A DNA stretch of 64,000 nt, taken from NCBI GenBank assembly GCA_030741355.1, contig JASLVM010000001.1, forward strand, positions 10,874 through 74,873, in the 5' to 3' direction. Positions 44,528-53,425 of this stretch are shown here, one piece after another (the first letter of the stretch is position 1; every line of letters starts with the position of its first letter). The DNA comes from Poseidonia sp. GTDB lineage: Archaea > Thermoplasmatota > Poseidoniia > Poseidoniales > Poseidoniaceae. The notes below the pieces were generated by a model that worked only from the letters and a program-made list of their open reading frames with translations, ran no database searches and had not been told where the DNA came from. A program made the translations under genes and the position numbers.

Positions 44528-45508
44528 ATGAGAATTCATTGCTTGGGTGGCGGCTTGGTGGGTTCTTTTGTCACCCGAAAACTCCACGAAGCAGGGTTTG
44601 AGGTCCATCTCTACGACATCGTTGAGCGGACAACACCGGCGTATTTCCACCTTGAAGACGCCACAAAGGCCGACCACAGTCTCGCCGATCTTCTCGTGAA
44701 CATGGTGCCCGGCTCGATCGGACACGCCGTGCTGAAGAACCTCCATCAAAAGGGACACCGCATCGTTGACCTCTCGTTCAGTGAGACCACGCCAGACCAA
44801 CTTCCCGATGGCCCCGGCGTGGTGTTGTGGGATGTAGGTATTGCTCCGGGGCTCTCGAACATGCTGGTGGCCTTGGCGCATCGTGAATTGGGTCATCTTG
44901 ACAAGGTGAGCATCAAGGTCGGAGGAAACCCCTCCCAACCCGATGAGGCGTGGTCCTACATGGCCCCGTTCTCCCCGCACGACGTCATCGCCGAGTACAC
45001 GCGCCCGGCGCGAATTGTACGAGACGGTTCCATCGCCGTCGTACCTGCCATGGAAAACCTCCACACCATCGATGCCAGCGGACGGGTCATGGAAGCCTTC
45101 TTGACCGATGGATTACGCTCCCTTATCGACATCCCAGCGACCTCGATGGGCGAGTACACGGTGCGTTGGCCGGGCCACATTCAACGGTATCAAACCTCAG
45201 AACTCAATCCCGATGAACTCGTTGACGCTTGGCGATTTGACCCGAAGCGACCTGAATTTACGTGGATGGAGGTTCGCGTAGAAGCTGGCACCGAGACTCG
45301 TATTTGGACGGTTGAAGATAAAGGGAGCGATGGCGATTCGAGCATGGCGAGAACCACCGGATTGGTCACCGTAGCCTGCGTGATGGCTTGGAGCCAAAAC
45401 GACCTTTTCTCCTCAGGGATTCATCCCCCAGAAGAGTTGCCCAGCGAAGTGATTCATGAGGTCATTCGAACGTTAAAGGAACACGGTGTTTCCATCCAAG
45501 CCAACTGA
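44528..45508 (+). CDS. Saccharopine dehydrogenase-family NAD(P) oxidoreductase
   Basis: MRIHCLGGGLVGSFV Rossmann start, DVGIAPGLSNMLV, APFSPHDVIAEY and EAFLTDGLRSL are typical Sacchrp_dh motifs. Confidence 0.7.
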   Translation: MRIHCLGGGLVGSFVTRKLHEAGFEVHLYDIVERTTPAYFHLEDATKADHSLADLLVNMVPGSIGHAVLKNLHQKGHRIVDLSFSETTPDQLPDGPGVVLWDVGIAPGLSNMLVALAHRELGHLDKVSIKVGGNPSQPDEAWSYMAPFSPHDVIAEYTRPARIVRDGSIAVVPAMENLHTIDASGRVMEAFLTDGLRSLIDIPATSMGEYTVRWPGHIQRYQTSELNPDELVDAWRFDPKRPEFTWMEVRVEAGTETRIWTVEDKGSDGDSSMARTTGLVTVACVMAWSQNDLFSSGIHPPEELPSEVIHEVIRTLKEHGVSIQAN

Positions 45509-45530
45509 AGCATTGGTCGAATTTCCTTTC

Positions 45531-45803
45531 TCAAGCGCTTGAACAACTGCGGTTCGCCCTTGTGGGGTGATCCGGGCATGATTTGCAAAATTTGTTTTTC
45601 CTTTCGTGCTTCCCGCAACAGGTTTCTTTCACTTTTTTCTTCGAACGCTCACAAGGTGTTGCGCACCCGGTTTGGCAGCGGTTTTCGGCAAGTTCAACCA
45701 CCGACTTTGAGGAGTTGAACACGTTGTCAATTTGCACACCACAGTAAGGACAGGCGACCCAGCCTGTTTGCATCATCATGTCGCAATTGTTGCACGTGTA
45801 CAT
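45531..45803 (-). CDS. Small Cys-rich protein (N-terminal zinc-ribbon CxxC...CxxC plus C-terminal Cys cluster)
   Basis: 90 aa with 13 Cys by hand count. YTCNNCDMMMQTGWVACPYCG, then CQTGCATPC and CCGKHERKNKFCKSCPDHP. Lies 32 nt downstream of the 891-aa membrane enzyme gene. Confidence 0.45.
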   Translation of the reverse strand: MYTCNNCDMMMQTGWVACPYCGVQIDNVFNSSKSVVELAENRCQTGCATPCERSKKKVKETCCGKHERKNKFCKSCPDHPTRANRSCSSA

Positions 45804-45835
45804 TCCGCCACCATACCCCTGTAGTTTCGTGCACC

Positions 45836-48511
45836 CTAAATAGTTTCGTAGGCCCTAAACTTCTCGTCTTCCAGTTGGACCCTCGTTCCAAACATGCGCC
45901 GGAGTCCTTCGGTTTCATGCGTGATTCGAAACCATCCCATTGCGAGAAGTGCAAAGCACATTTGCGCTGAGGCGAAGAGCATGTTGTAGGTGAGAGAAAA
46001 CACCAACCTTGGATAGATGGGGGTGTAAGCATAAAGGGCAAGGCAACCAAAGACAATCAATCCCTGCGACACGACATAAGGTCGCAAATCAAGGCCCTCG
46101 ACCATCAACCGATGCATCAAGGCAACCGACATCATCAGCAGCGGACTCACCACCATGATCGTCATCCAAATGGTCGAAGGCTGAGCCCCTCCCCCGAAGT
46201 ATCCTCCTTGCACCTTCACCAAACCGGGGTCGAGTTCTCGGGGATGGGGGCAGATGCCCTCGTAGCAGAATTGAACACCGTTGACCTGACCCATGAGTGT
46301 CCACCACAGGATCCAAACAACCCACGGCAACACCATCCAAGCCAGCATTGCTTGCGGTTGCTGGCGCCAATTCATGGATTGGCGTTTTGGAATGCGTAAT
46401 CCCTCCACCACCGCAGGCAGAGAGAGGAGCAGGGCCAAACCAGCGACGGTCGCCCACGGGCCCCAAGACACCATCATGTGGAGCGCCAATCCGGCGTGAA
46501 GCAGCAGCTTTCGAGAGGTTGGGTTGAGATTGGTCGCCAATCCCGCACCACCGTACAATACCAGAATGCCCAGGAGTACAATCTGCTGCAACCAGAGCCA
46601 TTCGATTCGAGAGAGGGCAAAGGCAGAACCAAGGAAAACAAAACACCAGATGGCATGGGTGCGCCCGTGTTGTCTTTGTGAAACAAGACCAAAAAACACT
46701 GAAAACAGAACCAGCATAACCGTAACAACAACAGCGCTCAGCACACTGGTGGGCGCCATGTTGACAAGTTTGAGCAGGTGATGGTCACCCAAAATCCTCC
46801 GATGGACATAGGAAAGAGACAGGACAAGCAGACACCAGATGGCCCAGACCGAAACACGTTCGTGGTGAGGGCGGCGTTGAGCCGTTTTCTCAAGGGCCAA
46901 ACCGGTCACCAGCAAAAACATCGGAAGCAGGGCATACCAGAGGCGTAGGGAGCCCAGTAGCAAAGAGACCAAAACAGCGAGCAAGTGAACGGTCTTCGAA
47001 GAGGGCGCATGCTGCTTTGCTTGCCCGGTCATGGCACCCACGGACCAAAAAACAACCCAAGCCAAAAGCAACACGAGCAGGCCTCTTGAGAGGTCAAAAA
47101 AGAACAGAGAGAGCATCAACAACCCCAACAGCCAAGGAAGCGGTTTGAAGAAGTTCGAAGTCCCTTTCAAAGCAAGCGGCGGAGCTCTTCCCAACGATGA
47201 AGCGACGAGCCAAACAACCCCGCCGGCTCCGATGGCCCTCGGAATCATTGCAGAGAACGAAAGATGTCCGTGGAACCAAACCGACGCCACCACGATGCCA
47301 CCGAGCAAGAGCAAGTGTTGTTGTTCCTTTTTGGTCGTCGAACGCCCTTGTTGAAGCCATTTGTAAGCCAGCAAGAAGGCTGCTGAGAGAACGGCGATGG
47401 AAATGAACACGTCCAACGGACGGATTGACACAGGGTCGCCCTCGATGCCTTGCCAGTTGATCTCCGCTACTCGATAGATTTCGGCATCTTCTGGATGGAA
47501 GAAAACATGTCGATGCAAGGCCGCTTCCCAATTCCAAGCCTCAACCTTGTCGCGGTCATCAAGGGAAATGCTGAGCAAGGACAAGGGAACTCGTCCGTGA
47601 ACTTGGCTTGGGAAATCAAGGCCCAAATCATACAACATCAAGGCTGCGAGGTCAAGTTGAGCCGCATCCGCACGGGCACTGGCGTCAATCCCCGGGCCGG
47701 AAACGAGTGCGAGGACATTTCGCGTGTCCGCTTCGGCCGAGCCGTGAGAACCCGAAGCCGTCATGCCGTGGTCAGCCGTGACGACGACCGTCCAGTTTGC
47801 GGGTACAAAGCGCAGTAAGCTCGAGAGATGTTGGTCCATATCCAGCATTTTGTTTCGATACTCCTCCGAAACCGTACCCCATTTGTGGCCAACTTTGTCG
47901 GGCCCCGAAAAGTGTGCGGCGATGACATTGTGTCGTCCATCGACCAACCATTCCTCAAGGATGGCTCCAGTGGCACGGTCGCCCTCATAGTAATCTGCAT
48001 GGCCCTCAAAGGTGTTGACGAACTCAATGCTGGGGGAGTCGCCGTACATGTTGCCCATGACGTAGCTGCCGATCATCCCTACCGAATGCTGTTCTGATGC
48101 TGCTGCCAGTAACCATGGGTCAAAACCACCCGGGTGGCCCATGTTGAAATTTTTCAATCCGTCAATCGGGGCATTTGGAACCCCCGTCATCATCTCCCGT
48201 ACGCACGTGGCCGAGAGGGTCAACGGCCCTGTTGTCACGGATAAGACGGCTTGTTCATCCAACCGGTCAACCAATTTCGGCATCATGGTTGAATCGCGCA
48301 TGATGTTTTCTCCAACGCCGTCCAGCACCACCAAAAGGTACCCTTCAGGTTGAGGCACGAGGTCTTCTGGAAACGGCACCACCTCCTCCGGTTGGTCCGG
48401 TTCAAGGAGAACGTAAGGGGCCGTGATGGTTATCGGGGCGAGTGACAACATCACCAGAATGAGGAGCCAACGCCTGAGCAGGCTGTTGGGGGAATCGGGG
48501 CTTTCCTGCAC
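45836..48511 (-). CDS. Alkaline-phosphatase-superfamily (phosphodiesterase/phosphotransferase-type) ectodomain followed by about 15 TM helices; GPI ethanolamine-phosphate-transferase-like architecture
   Basis: GTG start. N-terminal TM. LLVVLDGVG (metal Asp), TGPLTLSATCVREMMTG (nucleophile region), VVVTADHGMTASGSHGS (DHGM...HG). About 520 aa of hydrophobic helices follow. Confidence 0.65.
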   Translation of the reverse strand: MQESPDSPNSLLRRWLLILVMLSLAPITITAPYVLLEPDQPEEVVPFPEDLVPQPEGYLLVVLDGVGENIMRDSTMMPKLVDRLDEQAVLSVTTGPLTLSATCVREMMTGVPNAPIDGLKNFNMGHPGGFDPWLLAAASEQHSVGMIGSYVMGNMYGDSPSIEFVNTFEGHADYYEGDRATGAILEEWLVDGRHNVIAAHFSGPDKVGHKWGTVSEEYRNKMLDMDQHLSSLLRFVPANWTVVVTADHGMTASGSHGSAEADTRNVLALVSGPGIDASARADAAQLDLAALMLYDLGLDFPSQVHGRVPLSLLSISLDDRDKVEAWNWEAALHRHVFFHPEDAEIYRVAEINWQGIEGDPVSIRPLDVFISIAVLSAAFLLAYKWLQQGRSTTKKEQQHLLLLGGIVVASVWFHGHLSFSAMIPRAIGAGGVVWLVASSLGRAPPLALKGTSNFFKPLPWLLGLLMLSLFFFDLSRGLLVLLLAWVVFWSVGAMTGQAKQHAPSSKTVHLLAVLVSLLLGSLRLWYALLPMFLLVTGLALEKTAQRRPHHERVSVWAIWCLLVLSLSYVHRRILGDHHLLKLVNMAPTSVLSAVVVTVMLVLFSVFFGLVSQRQHGRTHAIWCFVFLGSAFALSRIEWLWLQQIVLLGILVLYGGAGLATNLNPTSRKLLLHAGLALHMMVSWGPWATVAGLALLLSLPAVVEGLRIPKRQSMNWRQQPQAMLAWMVLPWVVWILWWTLMGQVNGVQFCYEGICPHPRELDPGLVKVQGGYFGGGAQPSTIWMTIMVVSPLLMMSVALMHRLMVEGLDLRPYVVSQGLIVFGCLALYAYTPIYPRLVFSLTYNMLFASAQMCFALLAMGWFRITHETEGLRRMFGTRVQLEDEKFRAYETI

Positions 48512-48544
48512 GTCGTTGCCCCCCTTCTAATTTTAGGGGAGACG

Positions 48545-48558
48545 AAATATCATATATG
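48545..48558 (+). promoter_or_regulatory. TATA-like element in the divergent region upstream of phnD
   Basis: aaatatcatatatg lies about 35-45 nt upstream of ATG 48591. An aaggggat SD-like site sits at 48578..48585. Confidence 0.3.
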
Positions 48559-48590
48559 GGCTTCGGGTCCCGTGGTTAAGGGGATACGAA

Positions 48591-49844
48591 ATGAACCGTC
48601 GATTAATTGCCATCATGTTGATGACCACCTTGCTTGCAGCCACCGTTCCGGGATGCTTATTTTCCTCGGACACCAATTATACCACATGCTCGGACGACGA
48701 CAACTGTCTCAAGATCGCTTTTGAAGTGAAGGAAGAGTACCAAAACACGGATGAAAACCCCCAAAAACTCGGTGACCGACTTGGCGAACTCATGGGTCAA
48801 GAGGTGGAGATTTACCCGGTCAACAGCCAGGCTGCCACCATTGAAGCCCTTCGATTTGGCAACGCTGACATCGGCTTCCTCGATGGCGGCGCTGCATGGT
48901 TGAGTTGGAACGAGTACGGGCTCGAAGTCGCAGCTGCAGAGCAAAAGGCTGACGGCCGTGCCTACTACCATGCGGTTGCCTGGGTCCACAAGGACTCCGA
49001 CATGGCGCAAGCCAGCATGAACGGCGACGTGGACCAAGCCCTCACGCTGATGGAAGGCAAAATCTCCTGCCACACCTCTGCCCTTGGAAGTTCAGGCATG
49101 TTGTTGCCCATGGGCTACCTCATCAACAACAGTTACATGGAAGTCGTTGGCGACAAGGACGAGATTGATTCCCTCCACGACACGGTGACCAACCACTTCT
49201 CAGAGGATTCGAGCATCCCCGACAGCGGCTCGCCATACTACCGCTACATCGGTTCACTGCGCTGCTTGGCCGAACACGCCCTTGGCGACGCCACCGATTA
49301 CATCTCCTTCGCGAAGGACCCCACCGTCCCCGATTATTGCGGCGACGACCCTCAAGACTGGTGCTTCGAGGGCGACTTCGCCTCCACCGAAGATTTCTAC
49401 CCCATCGGAGGCTACGACGCGGAAACCGGTGAAATCAACACCCCCTTCGGCAAAGCCCCCAGCCATCCCGTCATGTACAACCCCGATTTCTTCACGGCTG
49501 CGGAAGTGCAATCGCTTCGAGACGCTTTCACCACGATGAGCAGCAACGATGCTGACCTGGAGATCCTCGATGACGTGCTCAGCACGCCAGGCATGACCAT
49601 CATCGACACGGAATCCCACCTCGGGAGCTACGGTGACGCCATCGGAGACGTCCCCGGCATCAACGCCTACTTTGGTGATAAAATCAACAAGGTGAAGGTC
49701 ACCTCAAGCGACGACGGCCTGCCGCTTTACGTACCAATCCTCGTGGTCGGTGCCATCGGTGTGGCGGTCTATGTCATTCGAAACCGCAGCGAGGAAACCC
49801 AAACCGTTCCTTCCGAAACCACCACACCCTCTTCCGAGGAGTAA
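48591..49844 (+). CDS. phnD: Phosphonate/phosphite/phosphate-type ABC substrate-binding protein (PhnD family), lipobox-like N-terminus and C-terminal TM anchor
   Basis: LKIAFEV..., QAATIEALRFGNADIGFLDGGAAWL and YYHAVAWVHKDS (PhnD-like). VPGC near the N-terminus. C-terminal LPLYVPILVVGAIGVAVYVIRNR. Confidence 0.7.
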   Translation: MNRRLIAIMLMTTLLAATVPGCLFSSDTNYTTCSDDDNCLKIAFEVKEEYQNTDENPQKLGDRLGELMGQEVEIYPVNSQAATIEALRFGNADIGFLDGGAAWLSWNEYGLEVAAAEQKADGRAYYHAVAWVHKDSDMAQASMNGDVDQALTLMEGKISCHTSALGSSGMLLPMGYLINNSYMEVVGDKDEIDSLHDTVTNHFSEDSSIPDSGSPYYRYIGSLRCLAEHALGDATDYISFAKDPTVPDYCGDDPQDWCFEGDFASTEDFYPIGGYDAETGEINTPFGKAPSHPVMYNPDFFTAAEVQSLRDAFTTMSSNDADLEILDDVLSTPGMTIIDTESHLGSYGDAIGDVPGINAYFGDKINKVKVTSSDDGLPLYVPILVVGAIGVAVYVIRNRSEETQTVPSETTTPSSEE

Positions 49845-49850
49845 TCGTTG

Positions 49851-51065
49851 ATGGCGCGTTCGAACAGCCTCTGTTTGTTCTTGGTTGTCCTCTTGACCGC
49901 CGCTCCCCTTTCGGGTTGCCTCGGCGGAGATGAGGTGGAGCAGGACAGCGGTTTTGAGTGGGGCAATCGAAGCCAACCCGCCTGCGACCCGGTGGATTTG
50001 AACATCACCTGTAAAGAATATCTGAGCGGATTCACGACGCCCACCAATTCACTTCATCATCCCACCGAAGACGAAGTATGGTTCTCTGACCTTGACGGAC
50101 GTATCCTGGCGTACAACGGCCAAAGCACTCGCCTTGTTGGCAACATCAGCAACCTTGTTTCCAACTGCCACACGGAAGCAGGGCTGCTTGGTTTTGCGTT
50201 CGTATCCAACTTTGAAGAGAACCCACAGATTTTGTTCACCTACATCGGAACGGCCAACTGTGAAACCAAAGAAGTTACCAATTTGTTCTTGGCGGCCGGA
50301 GATGTGGTCAACGGTTCCCTGGATGAATCTTCAATTCACACGCTTCGGGAAATCGAACAAACTTACCGTAACCACAACGGCGGCCATCTCCTTGCCCTGG
50401 GGAATCACACCTATCTGTGGGGCGTGGGCGATGGTGGCGGCTCTAACGACCCGTTGGGCCACGGCCAAAACAACACCTCCTCCTTGGGTACCATCCAACA
50501 TTTCCACTACCTCAACGGCACCTTGATGCCACTGCACAACACCACGGGAACCGTCCAGGATTACACCCTTCATCGCGGGCTACGAAACCCATGGAAGTTT
50601 GATGTTGATGCCCAAGACAGATTGTGGATCGCTGACGTTGGTCAGAATTGTTTCGAAGAGATCAACCTCGTGCCCGTTCTCCAATCCAGCAATTTTGGTT
50701 GGGCCGACCGTGAAGCCAACCGCGAATTCAACGACCCGAGCGATTGCACGGCGCCACCGTCCACACCTCCGGAGGGAATGACGGATCCGGTGGTCGTCTA
50801 CACCCACGAGGAAGGCCGATGCTCAATCACCGGTGGCCTGTACATGGACTGGGGCCCAGAACCTTGGCAGGGCGGCTACATGTACGGGGATTTTTGCAGC
50901 GGAGATGTATGGATCACCAAAGATGCAGGCAACGGTGTCTGGGAAGGTGAACACCTCCTCGATACCGACAATCTGCTGGTTGGTTTCGGCCGTGGTTTGA
51001 ATGATGAATTGCTCTTGTTCACCTGGGGCGGCACGGTGTTTGAACTCGACATCTACACCCAGTGA
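49851..51065 (+). CDS. PQQ-dependent sugar (glucose/sorbosone) dehydrogenase-family beta-propeller, lipobox N-terminus
   Basis: HNGGHLLALG, GDGGGSNDPLGHGQN, GLRNPWKFDVD and DVGQNCFEEIN. LSGC lipobox. ORF opens on TTG 49848; ATG at 49851. Confidence 0.75.
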   Translation: MARSNSLCLFLVVLLTAAPLSGCLGGDEVEQDSGFEWGNRSQPACDPVDLNITCKEYLSGFTTPTNSLHHPTEDEVWFSDLDGRILAYNGQSTRLVGNISNLVSNCHTEAGLLGFAFVSNFEENPQILFTYIGTANCETKEVTNLFLAAGDVVNGSLDESSIHTLREIEQTYRNHNGGHLLALGNHTYLWGVGDGGGSNDPLGHGQNNTSSLGTIQHFHYLNGTLMPLHNTTGTVQDYTLHRGLRNPWKFDVDAQDRLWIADVGQNCFEEINLVPVLQSSNFGWADREANREFNDPSDCTAPPSTPPEGMTDPVVVYTHEEGRCSITGGLYMDWGPEPWQGGYMYGDFCSGDVWITKDAGNGVWEGEHLLDTDNLLVGFGRGLNDELLLFTWGGTVFELDIYTQ

Positions 51066-51077
51066 ACGACAACGAGT

Positions 51078-51467
51078 TTACTTGCCGATGCAAGCGAATA
51101 TCGCTGCACGAGCGTGAGGTTCCAACCGGGGCTCGATGTGTTTGGGTTTGGCACCGGGTCCGATGATGCCGAGACCGATCTTCTTGTTGTGCTTGAGTTG
51201 AAGTTCAAGGATGGTTTTGATGACCGCTTGACCCATGGCCAGGCCGTGTTGGGTTTCGCCCTTCTCAATGATGCCGAGACAAGCCGCAGCGTCGTGGTCG
51301 GCGAGCAATCGGTCAAGGGCCAACGGGACTTCCATTGAACCGGGGACCCACACCACTTCACCGATGGTCAAACCGTGTTGCTCCGCCTCATCCTTGGCGA
51401 AGTCGAGCATGCGAGAAACCTCTTCTCTGTGAAAGGAACCGCAGACCAAGCCAATTTGTTTGCTCAT
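51078..51467 (-). CDS. ribH: 6,7-dimethyl-8-ribityllumazine synthase
   Basis: VVWVPGSMEVPLAL and GIIEKGETQHGLAMGQAV resemble lumazine synthase motifs. 129 aa. The ATG overlaps the ribE stop (ATGA). Confidence 0.65.
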   Translation of the reverse strand: MSKQIGLVCGSFHREEVSRMLDFAKDEAEQHGLTIGEVVWVPGSMEVPLALDRLLADHDAAACLGIIEKGETQHGLAMGQAVIKTILELQLKHNKKIGLGIIGPGAKPKHIEPRLEPHARAAIFACIGK

Positions 51468-52081
51468 GGCCTCCCCTCCGGGTTCTCCTCTTTCATCATT
51501 CGTTCCACGGTCGCCACGATGGTTTGCGTCATGGAATCAATTTCAATGTTGATGGAATCCCCTGCCTCCACTTGTCCAAACGTGGTCAGGCGAAGTGTTT
51601 CGGGAATCAAATGGACATCAAAGCTGTCTTCATGCACCTGCCCGATGGTGAGTGAAGCACCGTTCAAACCGATGTAACCTTTCTCATGGATGAATTTCAT
51701 CATCGCTTTTGGCACCTCAATGGTCATGTTAACCCCTTCTCCAACTTCGGTTCGAACGGTGATCTCGCCCAAACCCATGATGTGGCCAGAAAGCAAGTGT
51801 CCGCCCAACTCATCACCCATTTTCAGCGAGCGCTCCACGTTGACTTCATCGCCCTCAGAGAGACGAGAAAGATTCGTTCGCTCGAGACTTTCTTGAATCA
51901 CATCAAAGGCCACCAGGTCACCGTCGATGTCCGTTGCCGTCAAACATACACCGTTGATGGCAACGCTGGCCCCTCGCTGAAGGCCTGCGGCCTCTGGGAG
52001 CGATATTTTGAAGGTCCATACGGGGCCATTTTTTTCTATAGAAAGAATGCTTCCTTTGCCTTGAACGATACCAGTAAACAT
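51464..52081 (-). CDS. ribE: Riboflavin synthase, bacterial/eukaryotic alpha-chain type
   Basis: MFTGIVQGKGSI start and an internal duplicated barrel (GASVAINGVCLT / GYIGLNGASLT). ATG at 52081 preceded by GGAGG. Confidence 0.85.
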   Translation of the reverse strand: MFTGIVQGKGSILSIEKNGPVWTFKISLPEAAGLQRGASVAINGVCLTATDIDGDLVAFDVIQESLERTNLSRLSEGDEVNVERSLKMGDELGGHLLSGHIMGLGEITVRTEVGEGVNMTIEVPKAMMKFIHEKGYIGLNGASLTIGQVHEDSFDVHLIPETLRLTTFGQVEAGDSINIEIDSMTQTIVATVERMMKEENPEGRP

Positions 52082-52083
52082 GT

Positions 52084-52524
52084 TCAAGCCTCCTTCTTTT
52101 CGGCGCGCTCAAGGATACGAGCGATGATTTTTCGGGTGCCGTCAAGGTCGTCGCTCAACCCTTCCACACGCACCACGTCGATACCTCCGTGGCCCCGCTC
52201 ATGAAGCGCCTTGCGGATGTTTTCCTCCGCATGCTCTTGGTCGTAGCCAAGGGCGATGACGTGGGGCTCAATGTCGGGGAGAATATCAAAAATTGGGACC
52301 TCCGGAGGATTTCCCACCACCACCGCGTCCACCGGCTTGAGACCTGCGACCATGCGTCGACGAAGGTCTTGATTGGTGACAGGCTCGTGCTTTCGCTTGC
52401 GAACGGTGTCGTCATGAGCCACGACGACCGTCAAATGATCGCCCAAAGCTTTGGCCTGCTCCAGATAGTGGAGATGACCTGCGTGGAGAAGGTCAAACAC
52501 GCCGACGGCAAGAATGCGCTTCAT
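52084..52524 (-). CDS. ribL: Archaeal FAD synthetase (FMN adenylyltransferase, cytidylyltransferase fold)
   Basis: ILAVGVFDLLHAGHLHYLEQAKALGDHLTVVVAHDDTVRKRK and LKPVDAVVVG match RibL. Start at ATG 52524 (the ORF extends to 52737). Confidence 0.75.
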   Translation of the reverse strand: MKRILAVGVFDLLHAGHLHYLEQAKALGDHLTVVVAHDDTVRKRKHEPVTNQDLRRRMVAGLKPVDAVVVGNPPEVPIFDILPDIEPHVIALGYDQEHAEENIRKALHERGHGGIDVVRVEGLSDDLDGTRKIIARILERAEKKEA

Positions 52525-52555
52525 AGGACCACCAATCACGGGTTGGGCTGTTGCT

Positions 52556-53284
52556 TCATGAGGATGACGGTGATGTTTCAACGCCGAGGGCGGCGACGAC
52601 GTCGGCGCCTTCAAGGAAAGGAATGTTCTTTGATTCGGCCCAAGAACGGGCATCCGCCACGGACAACGCATGGTCGCCATCGGGTTGGAGCATCTCTGCA
52701 CCGATGACAACAGGCGCCGCACCGGCAAGACGAGCAAGGCCCACCGCCAGTTCGGTGTGGCCTTGCCTGACGCTCAAGCCGCCTTTGGCCTCCCTGCAAA
52801 CAGGGATGTGGCCTGGCGTTCGGAATTCATCACCCAATCGTTTCATAGCCGGCTCACCTGCGACGCCATCAGCCAAACAAGTGGTCGCTAACTCAGCAAA
52901 ACGTCGTGTGGTCAGTGCACGGTCGTGGTCGGTGATACCGGTGTAGGTCTCGCGGTGATTGAGGGAGAGCGTAAAGGCCGAGCGAGCATCGTAGCGGAGG
53001 TCGTTCGTGATGAGGTGGTTCAGCACCGGACTTCGTTCAACAGCATCCGGCGTGGTGTGGAGGTCTTGAAGGAAAGGGAGCCCAAAACACTCTCCCACTT
53101 CGTCCCCAATGGCGAGGAACAACAAGCCACCGCAGTCTTGACGAAGTTGGCGCATGGTGGCTGGCTCAGCCATCGCCGCTGGGAAAAGGAGATCGGTTTC
53201 ACCTTCCCGCTTTTCCGAATCGAACAAACAAACGGGTTGCCCCTTTTGAAACGCATCGATGGCGCGTTGCACACGGGGCTCCAT
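52556..53284 (-). CDS. ribB: 3,4-dihydroxy-2-butanone 4-phosphate synthase
   Basis: FQKGQPVCLFDSEKREGETDLLFPA, FRTPGHIP and GHTELAVGLARLAG. Confidence 0.85.
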   Translation of the reverse strand: MEPRVQRAIDAFQKGQPVCLFDSEKREGETDLLFPAAMAEPATMRQLRQDCGGLLFLAIGDEVGECFGLPFLQDLHTTPDAVERSPVLNHLITNDLRYDARSAFTLSLNHRETYTGITDHDRALTTRRFAELATTCLADGVAGEPAMKRLGDEFRTPGHIPVCREAKGGLSVRQGHTELAVGLARLAGAAPVVIGAEMLQPDGDHALSVADARSWAESKNIPFLEGADVVAALGVETSPSSS

Positions 53285-53425
53285 GTGTGCCGCTTTGGTC
53301 TCACCTTCATGAAGAGTCGTATCCCTTCACTCTTGAAATCACCCGTGGGGTCCAAATTAGCGGACAGCCAACAGAAAGGGATTATCATGTGATGTCCCTT
53401 GGGTCGGTTTCGGGGGAGGGAGCGA

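Noticed and set aside
45822-45859. Tandem 19-nt direct repeat (tagtttcgtgcaccctaaa / tagtttcgtaggccctaaa, 16/19 identical) spanning the stop codon of 45836..48511. There is also an ~18-nt resemblance between 45853..45870 and 57583..57600 (ccctaaactt...ctcgt).
   Set aside because: Both are small. A rough estimate gives order-one chance occurrences in 64 kb once all periods and positions and one indel or mismatch are allowed. No further copies were noticed.
53285-53398. A possible FMN riboswitch or attenuator upstream of ribB (hairpin AAGAGT-11 nt-ACTCTT at 53312..53334).
   Set aside because: The spacer is only 114 nt. It lacks the conserved FMN-aptamer segments as I recall them (for example GGGUGAAAUUCC and ACCGGCGGU). 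FMN riboswitches are not known in archaea, and the 6-bp stem is weak.
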